Origin: Octopus sinensis
Taxonomy: Eukaryota
DNA length: 64,000 nt
Assembly (NCBI RefSeq): GCF_006345805.1
Contig: NC_043003.1
Span: 113,894,001 to 113,958,000, forward strand
Direction: 5' to 3'
Shown here: positions 52,471-63,900 of the stretch, piece after piece
Numbering within the stretch: position 1 is the first letter of the stretch
How the letters are laid out: every line of letters begins with the position of its first letter
The notes under the pieces: model-generated
The model's database searches: none
The model's input: the letters and a program-made list of their open reading frames with translations, nothing else
Told to the model about the DNA's origin: nothing
Program-made: the position numbers and the translations under genes

Positions 52471-52617
52471 TAATATGTGACAATTATTCAATAGGCAAGA
52501 TAAAATTCTGAGTTTCGGATGCCGAGGTGGGAATCCACAACACCATCTCTTCGGTTATCTGGCCATCTGAAAAACGCCAGAGTTTTATCTTGGCTATTGA
52601 ATAATTGTCACATATTA
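52471..52617. mobile_element. 147-bp palindromic element (40-bp arms) enclosing a minus-strand hammerhead-like motif
   Basis: taatatgtgacaattattcaataggcaagataaaattctg versus the reverse complement of 52578-52617 (38/40). Minus strand reads AGATAA-CCGAAGA-GATG..CATC-C-GAAA-CTC-A-GAA-T-T-TTATCT. Flanked by (TA)n. Confidence 0.75.
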
Positions 52618-52691
52618 TTTTACAGATAAATTTCCTCTATTTACATAATATTGAGGTCTCTTTCTTTCTTTTGTTATCTTACCGTTTTTAC

Positions 52692-52727
<36 letters not shown>

Positions 52728-53235
52728 GAGCTCTTACAAGATAACTGTACAAAGCCGTCAATAGGAGACGAAATGAGGGCAGCTACTAAGCGATGAAATT
52801 GCACAAATGCCGAAGGAAACGTTTCTTGAATTTCGTAATTGCATTGCTTCTTGTTATCAGCTGCGTCTGGACTAGAACAATCATCAGTTTGAAAAATGTG
52901 AAAGGAGAAAAAAAAATACTGTCTGTAGATTCTATTAAACTTTGAAAATGAGATGTTTTGTAATAAAAACAAACTTTATAATCATTCAATATTTTGGACA
53001 CTTTGTATATGTATGCGTATATTTATGTGCCTGTGTGTGTGTGTGTGTGCGTTTGTGTGAGTATGTATATATATTCCTGTAACGTTGTGTTTTCTTCTCT
53101 CACTTCACATAAAAATACTTTTACATGTTTATTTGCTGTCTTTTTAAAGTTTTCTGGTTTCAACGTTTCAACGAGTGAGCTATGACTAAGGTGTATGCAC
53201 CACCGTCACACACACACACACAAACAAACAGTACA

Positions 53236-53670
53236 TGTATTCTGTTTATACGTTGGTTTGCTGCAGGGCAGTCTCTTTGGAAAATTCCCTACACGACGTC
53301 GAGTGTTTAAGAACATCGAAAGTCCCAAGTGAGACAACTCGCCCGAGGTGAACGATAAATACATTTCGCTATTATTATTGCTCCTCAGTACTACACTCCC
53401 AATTAACCGAGAAACGAACTGAATCACTGGTGTGGGGAAAATATGCAAACAGTGTGAATTCGATTTCGTTGCGAGGTGAACCGCCTAAGTCGTCCTGAGG
53501 ATCTATAACGATAGCTAAATATCGATATTCCTCATTCTCATCCACCTCTGGCAAGCCGTCTCACCTGTCTGGGACACTTAGTGCTCCTTAACATACGATG
53601 TTGTGTAGGAAGCTTTCCCAGGACGCTATCCCGCAGCAAATTGGCGTATAAACAAAACAAATACACTCTG
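53236..53670. repeat. Old diverged fold-back/MITE with ~110-bp arms
   Basis: gtattctgtttatacgttggtttgctgcaggg..ggaaaattccctacacgacgtcg..gtgagacaactcgcc aligns with the reverse complement of 53550-53670 with many transitions. Confidence 0.6.
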
Positions 53671-54048
53671 TAGTTGAGACCGATAATGTTTACATTATTA
53701 GATCTTATTTTAATTCGAAATTCAATACACACACATACGCACATGCATACATACATACATACACACACACGCACACACATACATAAGAAAGAGAGCTTCA
53801 TTTGGACATACACCTTTCTTGTATACACATATATAGGCACAAATGTAAATCTTTCCCAAATAAATTGCATTTCATATGGTCCGATGAAGCTATGAGATGT
53901 TTGTCAGACACTCAACTATGAATCCATTGCATCGTATCGCATCTCTCTTTCTTATTACTGCTCTATACTCAGCCAACACTTCATTCTGAAACATACGTAT
54001 ATTTAGTTTTTCATCGGGTTATTGGTCTCACAATACTTAAGCGATGTG

Positions 54049-54126
<78 letters not shown>

Positions 54127-54139
54127 TCGTTAGCCACTA

Positions 54140-54302
54140 CACACATTTGCTTTCTCTCCTTGTTTTCTGTGTCCCTTTCTGTAGAAGAGCGTAGGCTCGA
54201 AACGTAAAAGACTTTCTATTCCTGAGCGTTATACTAATACATCTGTTTATTTTGTACACCACCTGTCTTCGTCTTTTGTTGTTTTTTTCGTAAACTTTCC
54301 CT
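54140..54302 (+). mobile_element. Short Penelope-derived element (family D) with hammerhead-like motif at 54171-54212
   Basis: CTGTAGA-A-GAGC-GTAG-GCTC-GAAAC-GT-A-AAAGAC; homologous to 11765-11950; (TA)n on both sides. Confidence 0.65.
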
Positions 54303-54305
54303 ATA

Positions 54306-54337
<32 letters not shown>

Positions 54338-54589
54338 AACTGAGAGAGGGTGAAGAAGGCTTAGAGACAAATACGTTGTGAAAGCTAGGAATCACTTCTG
54401 GCTACAGAAGGACTTGAACACCGCTGAAAGTAATTCCTTTTTAATTTTTATACTTCTAGACGCTTCAAAAGGTCTGTGGCTTCTCTGTCACATTGACCAT
54501 CACCTGTTGTCTTTCCTACATTCCGACCACACGGTGTAGCCTCATACTATCCATCATTATATCGTCTCTACCTTCTGGCTCTGGTTCCA

Positions 54590-54730
54590 CTTTGAAAGAG
54601 TGAAGGAGATCGAAAAACGATTGCATCACAGTAGCAGGAAAGCCAGAGCAGATTTTCTCTTGTAACTCCTGTGGCCGGGCCTTGCTGTCTTGTATTGGCT
54701 TCGACGACCACCGACGAGGCTAGTGTCGAC
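54590..54730 (+). mobile_element. RTE-like LINE, C-terminal fragment
   Basis: FSCNSCGRALLSCIGFDDHRRG resembles the C-x2-C..S-x-I-G-L-x2-H terminal finger of RTE ORF2 (inference). Confidence 0.4.
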
Positions 54731-55091
54731 ATAAACTATACCCTGTCCTTCATAAATCTTCGTCCGTGAAGTGATCTGGAACAACGTTATGTAGAAAGCT
54801 TCAGAATATCCAAATATAACAATAAACATTGGCACCCTTAAAATGGAAAAGATTCATCATAAATATTTGTTGTTGTTGTTTGGTTGAAAGTGCAGTTTGT
54901 AAGAATATATGATCAGGTGTGACAGAACCGTGACTGCCCTGTCTTTTTAAATATCTAAGATTATCCCACGCGTCTTTTTTTTCTTTTCTTTTACGGCGAT
55001 GTGATTTAAAGAAGATTCAGATACAGCTTCTAACTGGAAATTACTATTTTGAAATCTCACAACGAGAGATATTCAGCAACAGTACTTTGGG

Positions 55092-55532
55092 AGTAAAGAT
55101 TATTTGCCAACATAACATGGCAGTCCTGGTTTGGGACGAATGTTGCTGTAATTTAGCCCCAGGAGACATCGTCTCCAGCTGGTTATACGATACGATCTGT
55201 ATCCTCGTTGTGAGTTTTAAAAATAGTAATTTTCTCATTTATAGACCAGTGACTAGTTGTCATTTTGAAGACTATATATTTCGAACGGCAATTTGGCAGC
55301 GCTACCTCTAGCCGAACGATTATTCTGTGCTGATGAAGGGAAATAATCCGGAAATCACGATACACCGATATTATTTTGAGCTGAGTGGGGGTGCTAGATT
55401 CCCTTCTTCGAAAATATAAGGACACAGATCGTGTCGTATAGCCAGCTGGAGACGATGTCTCCTGGGGCTAAATTACAGCAACATTCGTCCCAAACCAGGA
55501 TTGCCATGTTATGTTGGCAAACAATCTTTACT
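55092..55532. repeat. Fold-back element: ~114-bp inverted arms with a 213-bp spacer
   Basis: 55092-55205 versus the reverse complement of 55419-55532, about 5 mismatches. Confidence 0.9.
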
Positions 55533-55852
55533 ACAACTTCTAACTGTTCCAACGCCTACATAATCATGATTTTAAAATGTTGATACGAGAGAAAAAGTGG
55601 TTCAAAATCACATCTTTGAATAAAAAAAAAATGCTCTCAATATCTCTCTGTGCTGTAAGAATATAAATTTAGATGAAATTCGTATTAAGAAGTGTAAAAG
55701 GGACATTTTAGAAGAGCAGTTTGGAAAACTAAAAATAATTGTGAGTTTCAGTTGTATATAGTCACAAAAAGATTTTCTTTGAACAGCTTCGGTAATTAGA
55801 AAACAAATAACAATTGACAGAATCTAAATTTATTAGCAGCTTCCATAGCAAC

Positions 55853-55920
55853 AACCACCACCACCACCACCACCACCACCACCACCACCACCACCACCAC
55901 CACCACCACCACCACCACCA
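55853..55920. repeat. (CCA)n trinucleotide tract
   Basis: Direct reading of the sequence. Confidence 0.95.
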
Positions 55921-56644
55921 GCAGCAACACATACCATCAACTTTCATCGAGTTTATGAATAACCTAAATAAGGGCGGGCAAATATTTTTGGGATGGAGAA
56001 CCTTTTTTTTATGCCCAGCTTAGCGATAAGCTAAAACAATAGCCTCACATGACCATGAGAATTTAGAAGCAACAGATTTTCATTTCAATATTCTTTGTAT
56101 TGGACAAATTATTTGATGAGAAAGAGAATAAAATTTATAATGAAGCTAGTTTAGACAATCATTAACTTCTGAATTGTTTCAATGGGACACATTTAGGAAC
56201 AACATTATGTCTACATATTAAGTTTCGAACAAATCATTCACACAAAGGGAAATAAATGAATTATTAATGTCATAAACACGGCAAACAAAAGCACTTTTTT
56301 GTTGTAGTTGCTGAGAATATTTGAATGAATTCATGAGATTCTTAATCTAAAACTGACTTCAGATTTAACAAATTGAGTTCTGGTTTTTGAGATAAGTAAA
56401 TCGCTCTCAAATAAGGATTTTAACCTTCATTACTATCTAAATGTTTTTCAAAAGAAAATTTGAAAATCTTTCTAACAAATTTCAGCCATAAGAAGCAAGA
56501 AGCAAAAATGCCAGCAGCCCTATGTGATTTATTTAGCCCTGTGCGTTTTACCAAGCATAAAATATAACAATCTTTCAACCATGAACAACTTTTAAATGTA
56601 TTAAAACAAACGAACAAACTAATGACGAATAAAAATACTTCCTA

Positions 56645-56985
56645 AATTTGGAACAAAGTCAGAAACTTTGAGGGGAGGGGGAAGCCGTTACATCGATCCC
56701 ACTGCTCAACGCCGAAAGAATGAAAGGCAAAGTCGAATCTGAACTCAAAACGTAAAGACGGACGAAATGCCGTCGAGCATTTTTTCCAGCTTGCTAACGA
56801 TTCTGTCAAATCGCTGTCTTCATGACAAGAACAATAATCCTTTCTACTAAAGGCACAAGGCGTGAAATTTCTAGGGAAGGGACTAGGTCGATCACATCGA
56901 CCTCAGTGTTTCACTGGTACTTAGTTTATCGACCCCGTTAAGCATTTTTGCCCGACCAGCTAACAGTTCTGCCAGCTCACTGCCT
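56645..56985 (-). mobile_element. Two family A SINE copies
   Basis: Tails caaatttggaacaaag and aataatcctttctactaaaggcacaagg, with cores and heads. Confidence 0.75.
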
Positions 56986-57019
56986 CTATAATAACAATAA
57001 TAATAATAATAATAACTCG

Positions 57020-57270
57020 AATGTGGAATCTAAAAACAGAAACAATCCCTATCATAGTAGGCGCATAAGGAATGATAAAAATATTCAAATACATAACAAA
57101 AACACCAGGACTTACAAACACATATAACATACAGAAAATTGCACTACTGGGCACTGCACACATCCTACGCAAAACACTTTCCATACAGTAACCATCAGAG
57201 CACCACAACAAATCACAACACATACCCAAGGCACACAGAGCTGCGCTCGATATTGCAAAGAAAGCACATT
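57020..57270 (+). mobile_element. R4/Dong-like LINE, 3' end
   Basis: NLKTETIPIIVGA*GMIK..IQKIALLGTAHILRKTLSIQ*; (AAT)n on the left and aat/gat repeats on the right. Confidence 0.75.
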
Positions 57271-57349
57271 ATAAAAGTAAAACTACTGAACAATAATGAT
57301 GATGATGATGATGATGGGCACTCCTATCGATTTCGAAATCGTACAAAAA

Positions 57350-58245
57350 TGTGATATCTTTAAAATAATACTTCTTTCAAAAGAGAAAACAAAGGAAGAA
57401 GTACAAATAGGACATGAAGAAGAATTACACAAGAAGGGACTACACAATCGAGTCCATGGAGTCACAACAGAAGTTGCTGGGAAAAATTGGTGGCATTGGC
57501 TGATGAAAAGAACAGTAAAAAAAAGAGACCGATGGTAATATACTGGCAGCCAAGCTCTAGGGTCAACCTTAGGAATGGGCAAGTGTCAACGCTGTGCCGC
57601 ATCTGCAATAGGGTGGATGAAATCATTGTGCATATCACGAACGAATGTCCTAGACGTGCCCCAAATCACTACAGGTTGTGGCGACACTATTGGAAACTGT
57701 GCGAAAAGTGGGGGCTAGAGAGATGCAAGACGTGGTATGAGCACGAACCACAGGGAGTGTCGGAGTTGGAAACAAGCAGAATCCTCTGGGATTTCCCAAT
57801 CCAAACAGATCAGGTGCTAGAGCAAAACAGACGGGACCTAGTGGGGGTGTGCACGGTGTACCACATATGTTATAGTGTTGATGTTGCATGCTCCTTTGTT
57901 TGACCCACGAAAAATCAAGCAAGAAGGTGAAAAGATAGGTAGATATAGATACAACCCTCTTAAGTATGAAATAGTCCGGTTATGGAAAATGAAGAATGTG
58001 AAGATAGTGCCAATAATTGTTGGGTCCTTGGGGACAGTATCAGAAGGCATGAAGCGGGGAATATAAAGGAAATCGGAATAGAGTTCCCAGTAGAACTGTT
58101 ACAAAAATTTTGGCTCCTTGGCACGCCCAGAATAATCAGGAAATTATAAGATAGCTGAAAAGAACGAATAGCATGGTACCATAGGCTGCAGGTAGCAAGT
58201 CCGCTACGCATGCAAGACTCCAGGAGTTCCAGAAAAACCCGTGAT
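57350..58245 (+). mobile_element. R4/Dong-like RLE LINE, 3' fragment
   Basis: CRICNRVDEIIVHITNEC (CCHC), RH..WKLCEKWG..WYEHEP..RILWDFPIQTD, PLFDPRK..EGEKIGRY..LKYEIVRLWKMKNVKIVPIIVGSLGTVS. Confidence 0.85.
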
Positions 58246-58258
58246 AAAAAGATAATGA

Positions 58259-58438
58259 TAATCCTTTCTACTATAAGCAGAAGGCCTGGAATTTGAGAGG
58301 AGAGATATACTTGATTTATCGACCCAGAAAGGATGAAAGGCAAAGTCGACCTCAGCGGAATTTGATCTCAGAACGTAGCAGCGAAATAGCGCTGAGCATT
58401 TCACCAGGCCTTTTAACGATGCTGGCAGCTCGCCACCT
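58259..58438 (-). mobile_element. SINE family A
   Basis: ataatcctttctactataagc tail and gcagctcgccacc head. Confidence 0.8.
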
Positions 58439-58467
58439 TATTTATAATAATAATGATGATGATGATG

Positions 58468-58895
58468 GCTTGGTATAAAAGATGGGCTACAGCAAATATT
58501 CTGCTCAATACTGCAGATTTGCTTGTCATTTGTTTGACCTTAACCAGTTGAGCATGTCCCTTAGTGGCTGACAATATGTGCATCTCTGAAATTCTTCGGA
58601 GTTTGGATAATTCACCTTTAGAAACATGGGTGTTTTGTTCAACATCCTTAAACAACCCTTATTCAGGAACCTTTTGAGCGGGATAGCTACCCAACCTGAA
58701 TAAAATTCAAACTGGTCCCTACCTGCAAGGTCATGCGCTGTTTATCTGGATACGAGATCACTATGTCGGGCACATATGGTTGTGATGCATGTTCCTGGTG
58801 CACGCTTATCAGACAGCGGGGTCATGATGGGTATACTGGGCTTCGTATATTTTACCCCAGTGTCACTTTGATAGCATGCACTCACTCTCACTCAA
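58468..58895. mobile_element. Unclassified interspersed repeat between (AAT)n tracts
   Basis: Shares ttggtataaaagatgggctaca with 8645-8670; bounded by aat/gat repeats. Confidence 0.45.
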
Positions 58896-58959
58896 TAATA
58901 ATAATAACAATTATTATTACGGTGATGATGATGATGGAGGTGATAATGACGACGATTTC

Positions 58960-59150
58960 AAATTTTGGCACAAAGCTAGCAAATTCTGGGAGGGGTAAGT
59001 CGATAACATCGACTCCAGCGCTCAAGTGGTATTTATTTTATCGACCCCGAAAAGATGAAAGGCAAAGTCGATTTCGGTGGAATTTGAAGTCCGAACGTAA
59101 AGACGGACCAGATGCCTCTAAGCACTTTGTCCGGCGTGCCAACTGTCCTG
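58960..59150 (-). mobile_element. SINE family A, variant tail
   Basis: caaattttggcacaaag tail and atcgaccccgaaaagatgaaaggcaaagtcga core. Confidence 0.8.
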
Positions 59151-59189
59151 TCAAGTTAACTCTTAATAATAATAATAATAATAATAATG

Positions 59190-60000
59190 TCAGGCCTGTG
59201 TAGGATGAACAATTGCAAAGATAAAGCATATACAAGCAATTGAAGACGAATGAAACTGAAAATAGGTGGGTAAAGAATGTATGGGCAATTTTATAGAGAT
59301 GTTGAAGATAAGACAGAGAAAAAAGATGGCTGTGGACGACTAAAGGGGATTTAAAACAGGAAATGGAGGATCTAATCTGTACTGTCCAAGAACAAGCTCT
59401 AAGAACAAACTACAGAAAATACAGAATAGACAACACAGCAGAAAGTTGTAAGTGCAGAATCTGTGGACAAAACGGTGAAACCGTTTGGCATATTACTAGC
59501 CAATGTACGCTACTGGCCCAGAAGGAACATAAGAGACGCGACGACAATATAGCCAGGCTTGGAAACTTTGCAACAAGTATGGATTTGACAGAGTAAAAAT
59601 TTGGTACGACCACAAACCCGAAGGCACCATCGAAAATGATAATGCAAAGATCCTGTGGGATTTTATGATTCAGTGCGACCGTGAGATAGAGAATAAGAAG
59701 CCGGACATAATCTTAATTGAGAAAGAAAACAAACTATGCTGGATCATAGATATAGCATGCCCCGTTATGCGATAAGGACGAAAGAAAAGTCGATAGATAT
59801 GACAGGTTAGCTTGGGATTTTAAGGAGTTGTGGTCGATGAAAAAGGTAGCAGTAGTACCAATAAATGTCGGAGCCCTGGGAACAGAGGGCAAAAATCTTG
59901 CAGAAGATAGCACTGCTTAGAACTTCTAGAATACCCCAGAAGGTGCTCGAAAAATAAAATATGTTACCTTAGTTCACTGGTAGTGAACTGTTGATACCGT
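59190..60000 (+). mobile_element. R4/Dong-like RLE LINE, 3' fragment
   Basis: EDLICTVQEQALRTNYRKYRID..KCRICGQNGETVWHITSQC..WYDHKPEGTIENDNAKILWDF..KPDIILIEKE..IDIACP; preceded by (AAT)n. Confidence 0.9.
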
Positions 60001-60057
60001 AGTACATCTCCAGCGTTAGAAGCTGTGTAAAGACAATAATAATAATGATGATGATAA

Positions 60058-60335
60058 TAGGGCACTGGGAGCACTGACAACCAAGTTCGAGAAATGTGTC
60101 AGAGAAATAAGAATTGACATGAGAGCAGAGCAGGACCCAAAAACTGCTCTGCTGGGTACAGGTAGGATTTTGAGGTTGGTACTTGAATATTTCTCACGAT
60201 AATTAACAACCAAGTATCAAAGCTTATAATGTGTGGAAAGAGACCCTTTGAGACCTCTACCAGCAGGCTACTGTTAGAGGTCTCACAGAATTTACCAGAG
60301 CAAACAAGACCGAGTGCTCTGAAAAGTAGAACAAC

Positions 60336-60377
<42 letters not shown>

Positions 60378-60735
60378 AAGAAGATTAATAATTGCCGGAA
60401 ACTTGTGGATACCTAAGGTTATAGATAATAACACGCTATCCATATAATTCCTACCAGGAATAAGACCGAACCTGAGCCAAACCAAAATAGTACTAATAAT
60501 AATAACATTAGATGGAAGAACAACAAAGCATGCAGATGGAAAGAAATTGAATTGCATGGTTAATCCATACAACAAAACGGGGATGATGCAAGTAACGAAC
60601 GTTGACCATATCTGGCGGCTGGAAACCAGAAACGAGAGACCGAAACGCTAATTACAGCCTCTCAGAAACAAGTCATTAAGACGAGTTTGGTAAAGGCAAA
60701 GATCAACAAAAACAGTCGGCAAATGCAGAATCTAC
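60058..60735 (+). mobile_element. Stack of short R4/Dong-like LINE pieces separated by (AAT)n
   Basis: GALGALTTKFEK..KTALLGTGRILRLVLEY (60058-60190); 3' UTR pieces matching 7880-8010 and 24480-24530; ETETLITASQKQVIKT..KCRI (60640-60735). Confidence 0.7.
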
Positions 60736-60967
60736 ATTTGAGTGATATGTGTCTTACAATTTCGGATGAGACATCACATTGATTGGTACTTCATCCTTGA
60801 TCAATTGATCGCTTTGCATAAATCTTAGCTACGAATACTCTCAATAAAAATTATGTATATCGTAATGCTGGCCACATCTATGCGAAAATGATGCTTCGAC
60901 ACACAAGCTGTTTCAGAAAAAGACAAATTCTTGGAGATTTATCATCGTCACTCTGTAACACTACAAA

Positions 60968-63900
60968 ACTATCACAGTGTAACATAGTGTAACCAATGGC
61001 TCACAGGCCCACTTTATATTCACGTGATTTTCAGTGTAACATAGTGTAACCAATGGCTCACAGACCCACTTTATATTCACGTGATTTTCAGTGTAACATA
61101 GTGTAACCAATGGCTCACAGACCTACTTTATATTCACGTGACTATCACAGTGTAACACAGTGTAACCTAGAGTAACCAATGGCTCACAGACCCACTTTAT
61201 ATTCACGTGACTATCACAGAGTAACACAGTGTAACATAGTGTAACCAATGGCTTACAGACCCACTTTATATTCACGTGATTTTCACAGTGTAACATAGTG
61301 TAACCAATGGCTCAGAGACCCACTTTATATTCACGTGACTATCACAGTGTAACACAGTGTAACCTAGAGTAGCCAATGGCTCACAGACCCACTTTATATT
61401 CACGTGATTTTCACAGTGTAACATAGTGTAACCAATGGCTCACAGACCCACTTTATATTCACGTGACTATCACAGTGTAACACAGTGTAACCTAGAGTAG
61501 CCAATGGCTTACAGACCCACTTTATATTCACGAGATTTTCACAGTGTAACATAGTGTAACCAATGGCTCACAGACACACTTTATATTCACGTGACTATCA
61601 CAGTGTAACACAATGTAACCTAGAGTAGCCAATGGCTCACAGACGCACTTTATATTCACGTGACTATCTCAGTGTAACACAGTGTAACAGTGTAGCCAAT
61701 GGCTCACAGACCCACTTTATATTGACGTGACTATCACAGTGTAACACAGTGTAACCTAGAGTAGCCAATGGCTCACAGACCCACTTTATATTCACGTGAC
61801 TATCTCAGTGTAACACAGTGTAACCTAGAGTAGTCAATGGCTCACAGACCCACTTTATATTCACGTGACTATCACAGTGTAACACAGTGTAACCTAGAGT
61901 AGCCAATGGCTCACAGACCCACTTTATATTCACGTGACTATCACAGTGTAACACAGTGTAACCTAGAGTAGCCAATGGCTCACAGACCCACTTTATATTC
62001 ACGTGACTATCTCAGTGTAACACAGTGTAACAGTGTAGTCAATGGCTCACAGACCCACTTTATATTCACGTGACTATCACAGTGTAACACAGTGTAACCT
62101 AGACTAGCCAATGGCTCACAGACCCACCTTATATTCACGTGACTATCACAGTGTAACACAGTGTAACATAGTGTAACCAATGGCTCACAGACCCACTTTA
62201 TATTCACGTGACTATCACAGTGTAACACAGTGTAACCTAGAGTAGCCAATGGCTCACAGACCCACTTTATATTCACGTGATTTTCACAGTATAACATAGT
62301 GTAACCAATGGCTCACAGACCCACTTTATATTCACGTGACTATCACAGTGTAACACAATGTAACCTAGAGTAGCCAATGGCTTACAGACCCACTTTATAT
62401 TCACGTGATTTTCACAGTGTAACATAGTGTAACCAATGGCTCACAGACCCACTTTATATTCACGTGACTATCACAGTGTAACACAATGTAACCTAGTGTA
62501 GCTAATGGCTCACAGACGCACTTTATATACACGTGACTATCTCAGTGTAACACAGTGTAACAGTGCAGTCAATGGCTCACAGACGCACTTTATATTCACG
62601 TGACTATCACAGTGTAACACAGTGTAACAGTGTAGCCAATGGCTCACAGACCCACTTTATATTCACGTGATTTTCAGTGTAACACAGTGTAACATAGTGT
62701 AACCAATGGCTCACAGACCCACTTTATATTCACGTGACAATCACAGTGTAACACAGTGTAACCTAGAGTAGCCAATGGCTCACAGACCCACTTTATATTC
62801 ACGTGACTATCTCAGTGTAACACAGTGTAACCTAGAGTAGTCAATGGCTCACAGACCCACTTTATATTCACGTGACTATCACAGTGTAACACAGTGTAAC
62901 CTAGAGTAGCCAATGGCTCACAGACCCACTTTATATTCACGTGACTATCTCAGTGTAACAGTGTAACCTAGAGTAGTCAATGGCTCACAGACCCACTTTA
63001 TATTCACGTGACTATCACAGTGTAACACAGTGTAACCTAGAGTAGCCAATGTCTCACAGACCCACTTTATATTCACGTGACTATCACAGTGTAACACAGT
63101 GTAACCTAGAGTAGCCAATGGCTCACAGTCCCACTTTATATTCACGTGACTATCTCAGTGTAACACAGTGTAACAGTGTAGTCAATGGCTCACAGACCCA
63201 CTTTATATTCACGTGACTATCACAGTGTAACACAGTGTAACCTAGAGTAGCCAATGGCTCACAGACCCACCTTATATTCCCGTGAAAATCACAGTGTAAC
63301 ACAGTGTAACATAGTGTAACCAATGGCTCACAGACCCACTTTATATTCACGTGACTATCACAGTGTAACACAGTGTAACCTAGAGTAGCCAATGGCTCAC
63401 AGACCCACTTTATATTCACGTGATTTTCACAGTATAACATAGTGTAACCAATGGCTCACAGACCCACTTTATATTCACGTGACTATCACAGTGTAACACA
63501 GTGTAACCTAGAGTAGCCAATGGCTTACAGACCCACTTTATATTCACGTGATTTTCACAGTGTAACAGTGTAACCAATGGCTCACAGACCCACTTTATAT
63601 TCACGTGACTATCACAGTGTAACACAATGTAACCTAGAGTAGCTAATGGCTCACAGACGCACTTTATATTCACGTGACTATCTCAGTGTAACACAGTGTA
63701 ACAGTGCAGTCAATGGCTCACAGACGCACTTTATATTCACGTGACTATCACAGTGTAACACAGTGTAACAGTGTAGCCAATGGCTCACAGACCCACTTTA
63801 TATTCACGTGATTTTCAGTGTAACAGTGTAACATAGTGTAACCAATGGCTCACAGACCCACTTTATATTCACGTGACTATCACAGTGTAACACAGTGTAA

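Noticed and set aside
61805-63673. Repetitive ORFs HVNIKWVCEPLATLGYTVLHCDS
   Set aside because: The 69-bp unit is a multiple of 3, but the 57/59/67-bp variants break the frame, so this is a non-coding satellite.
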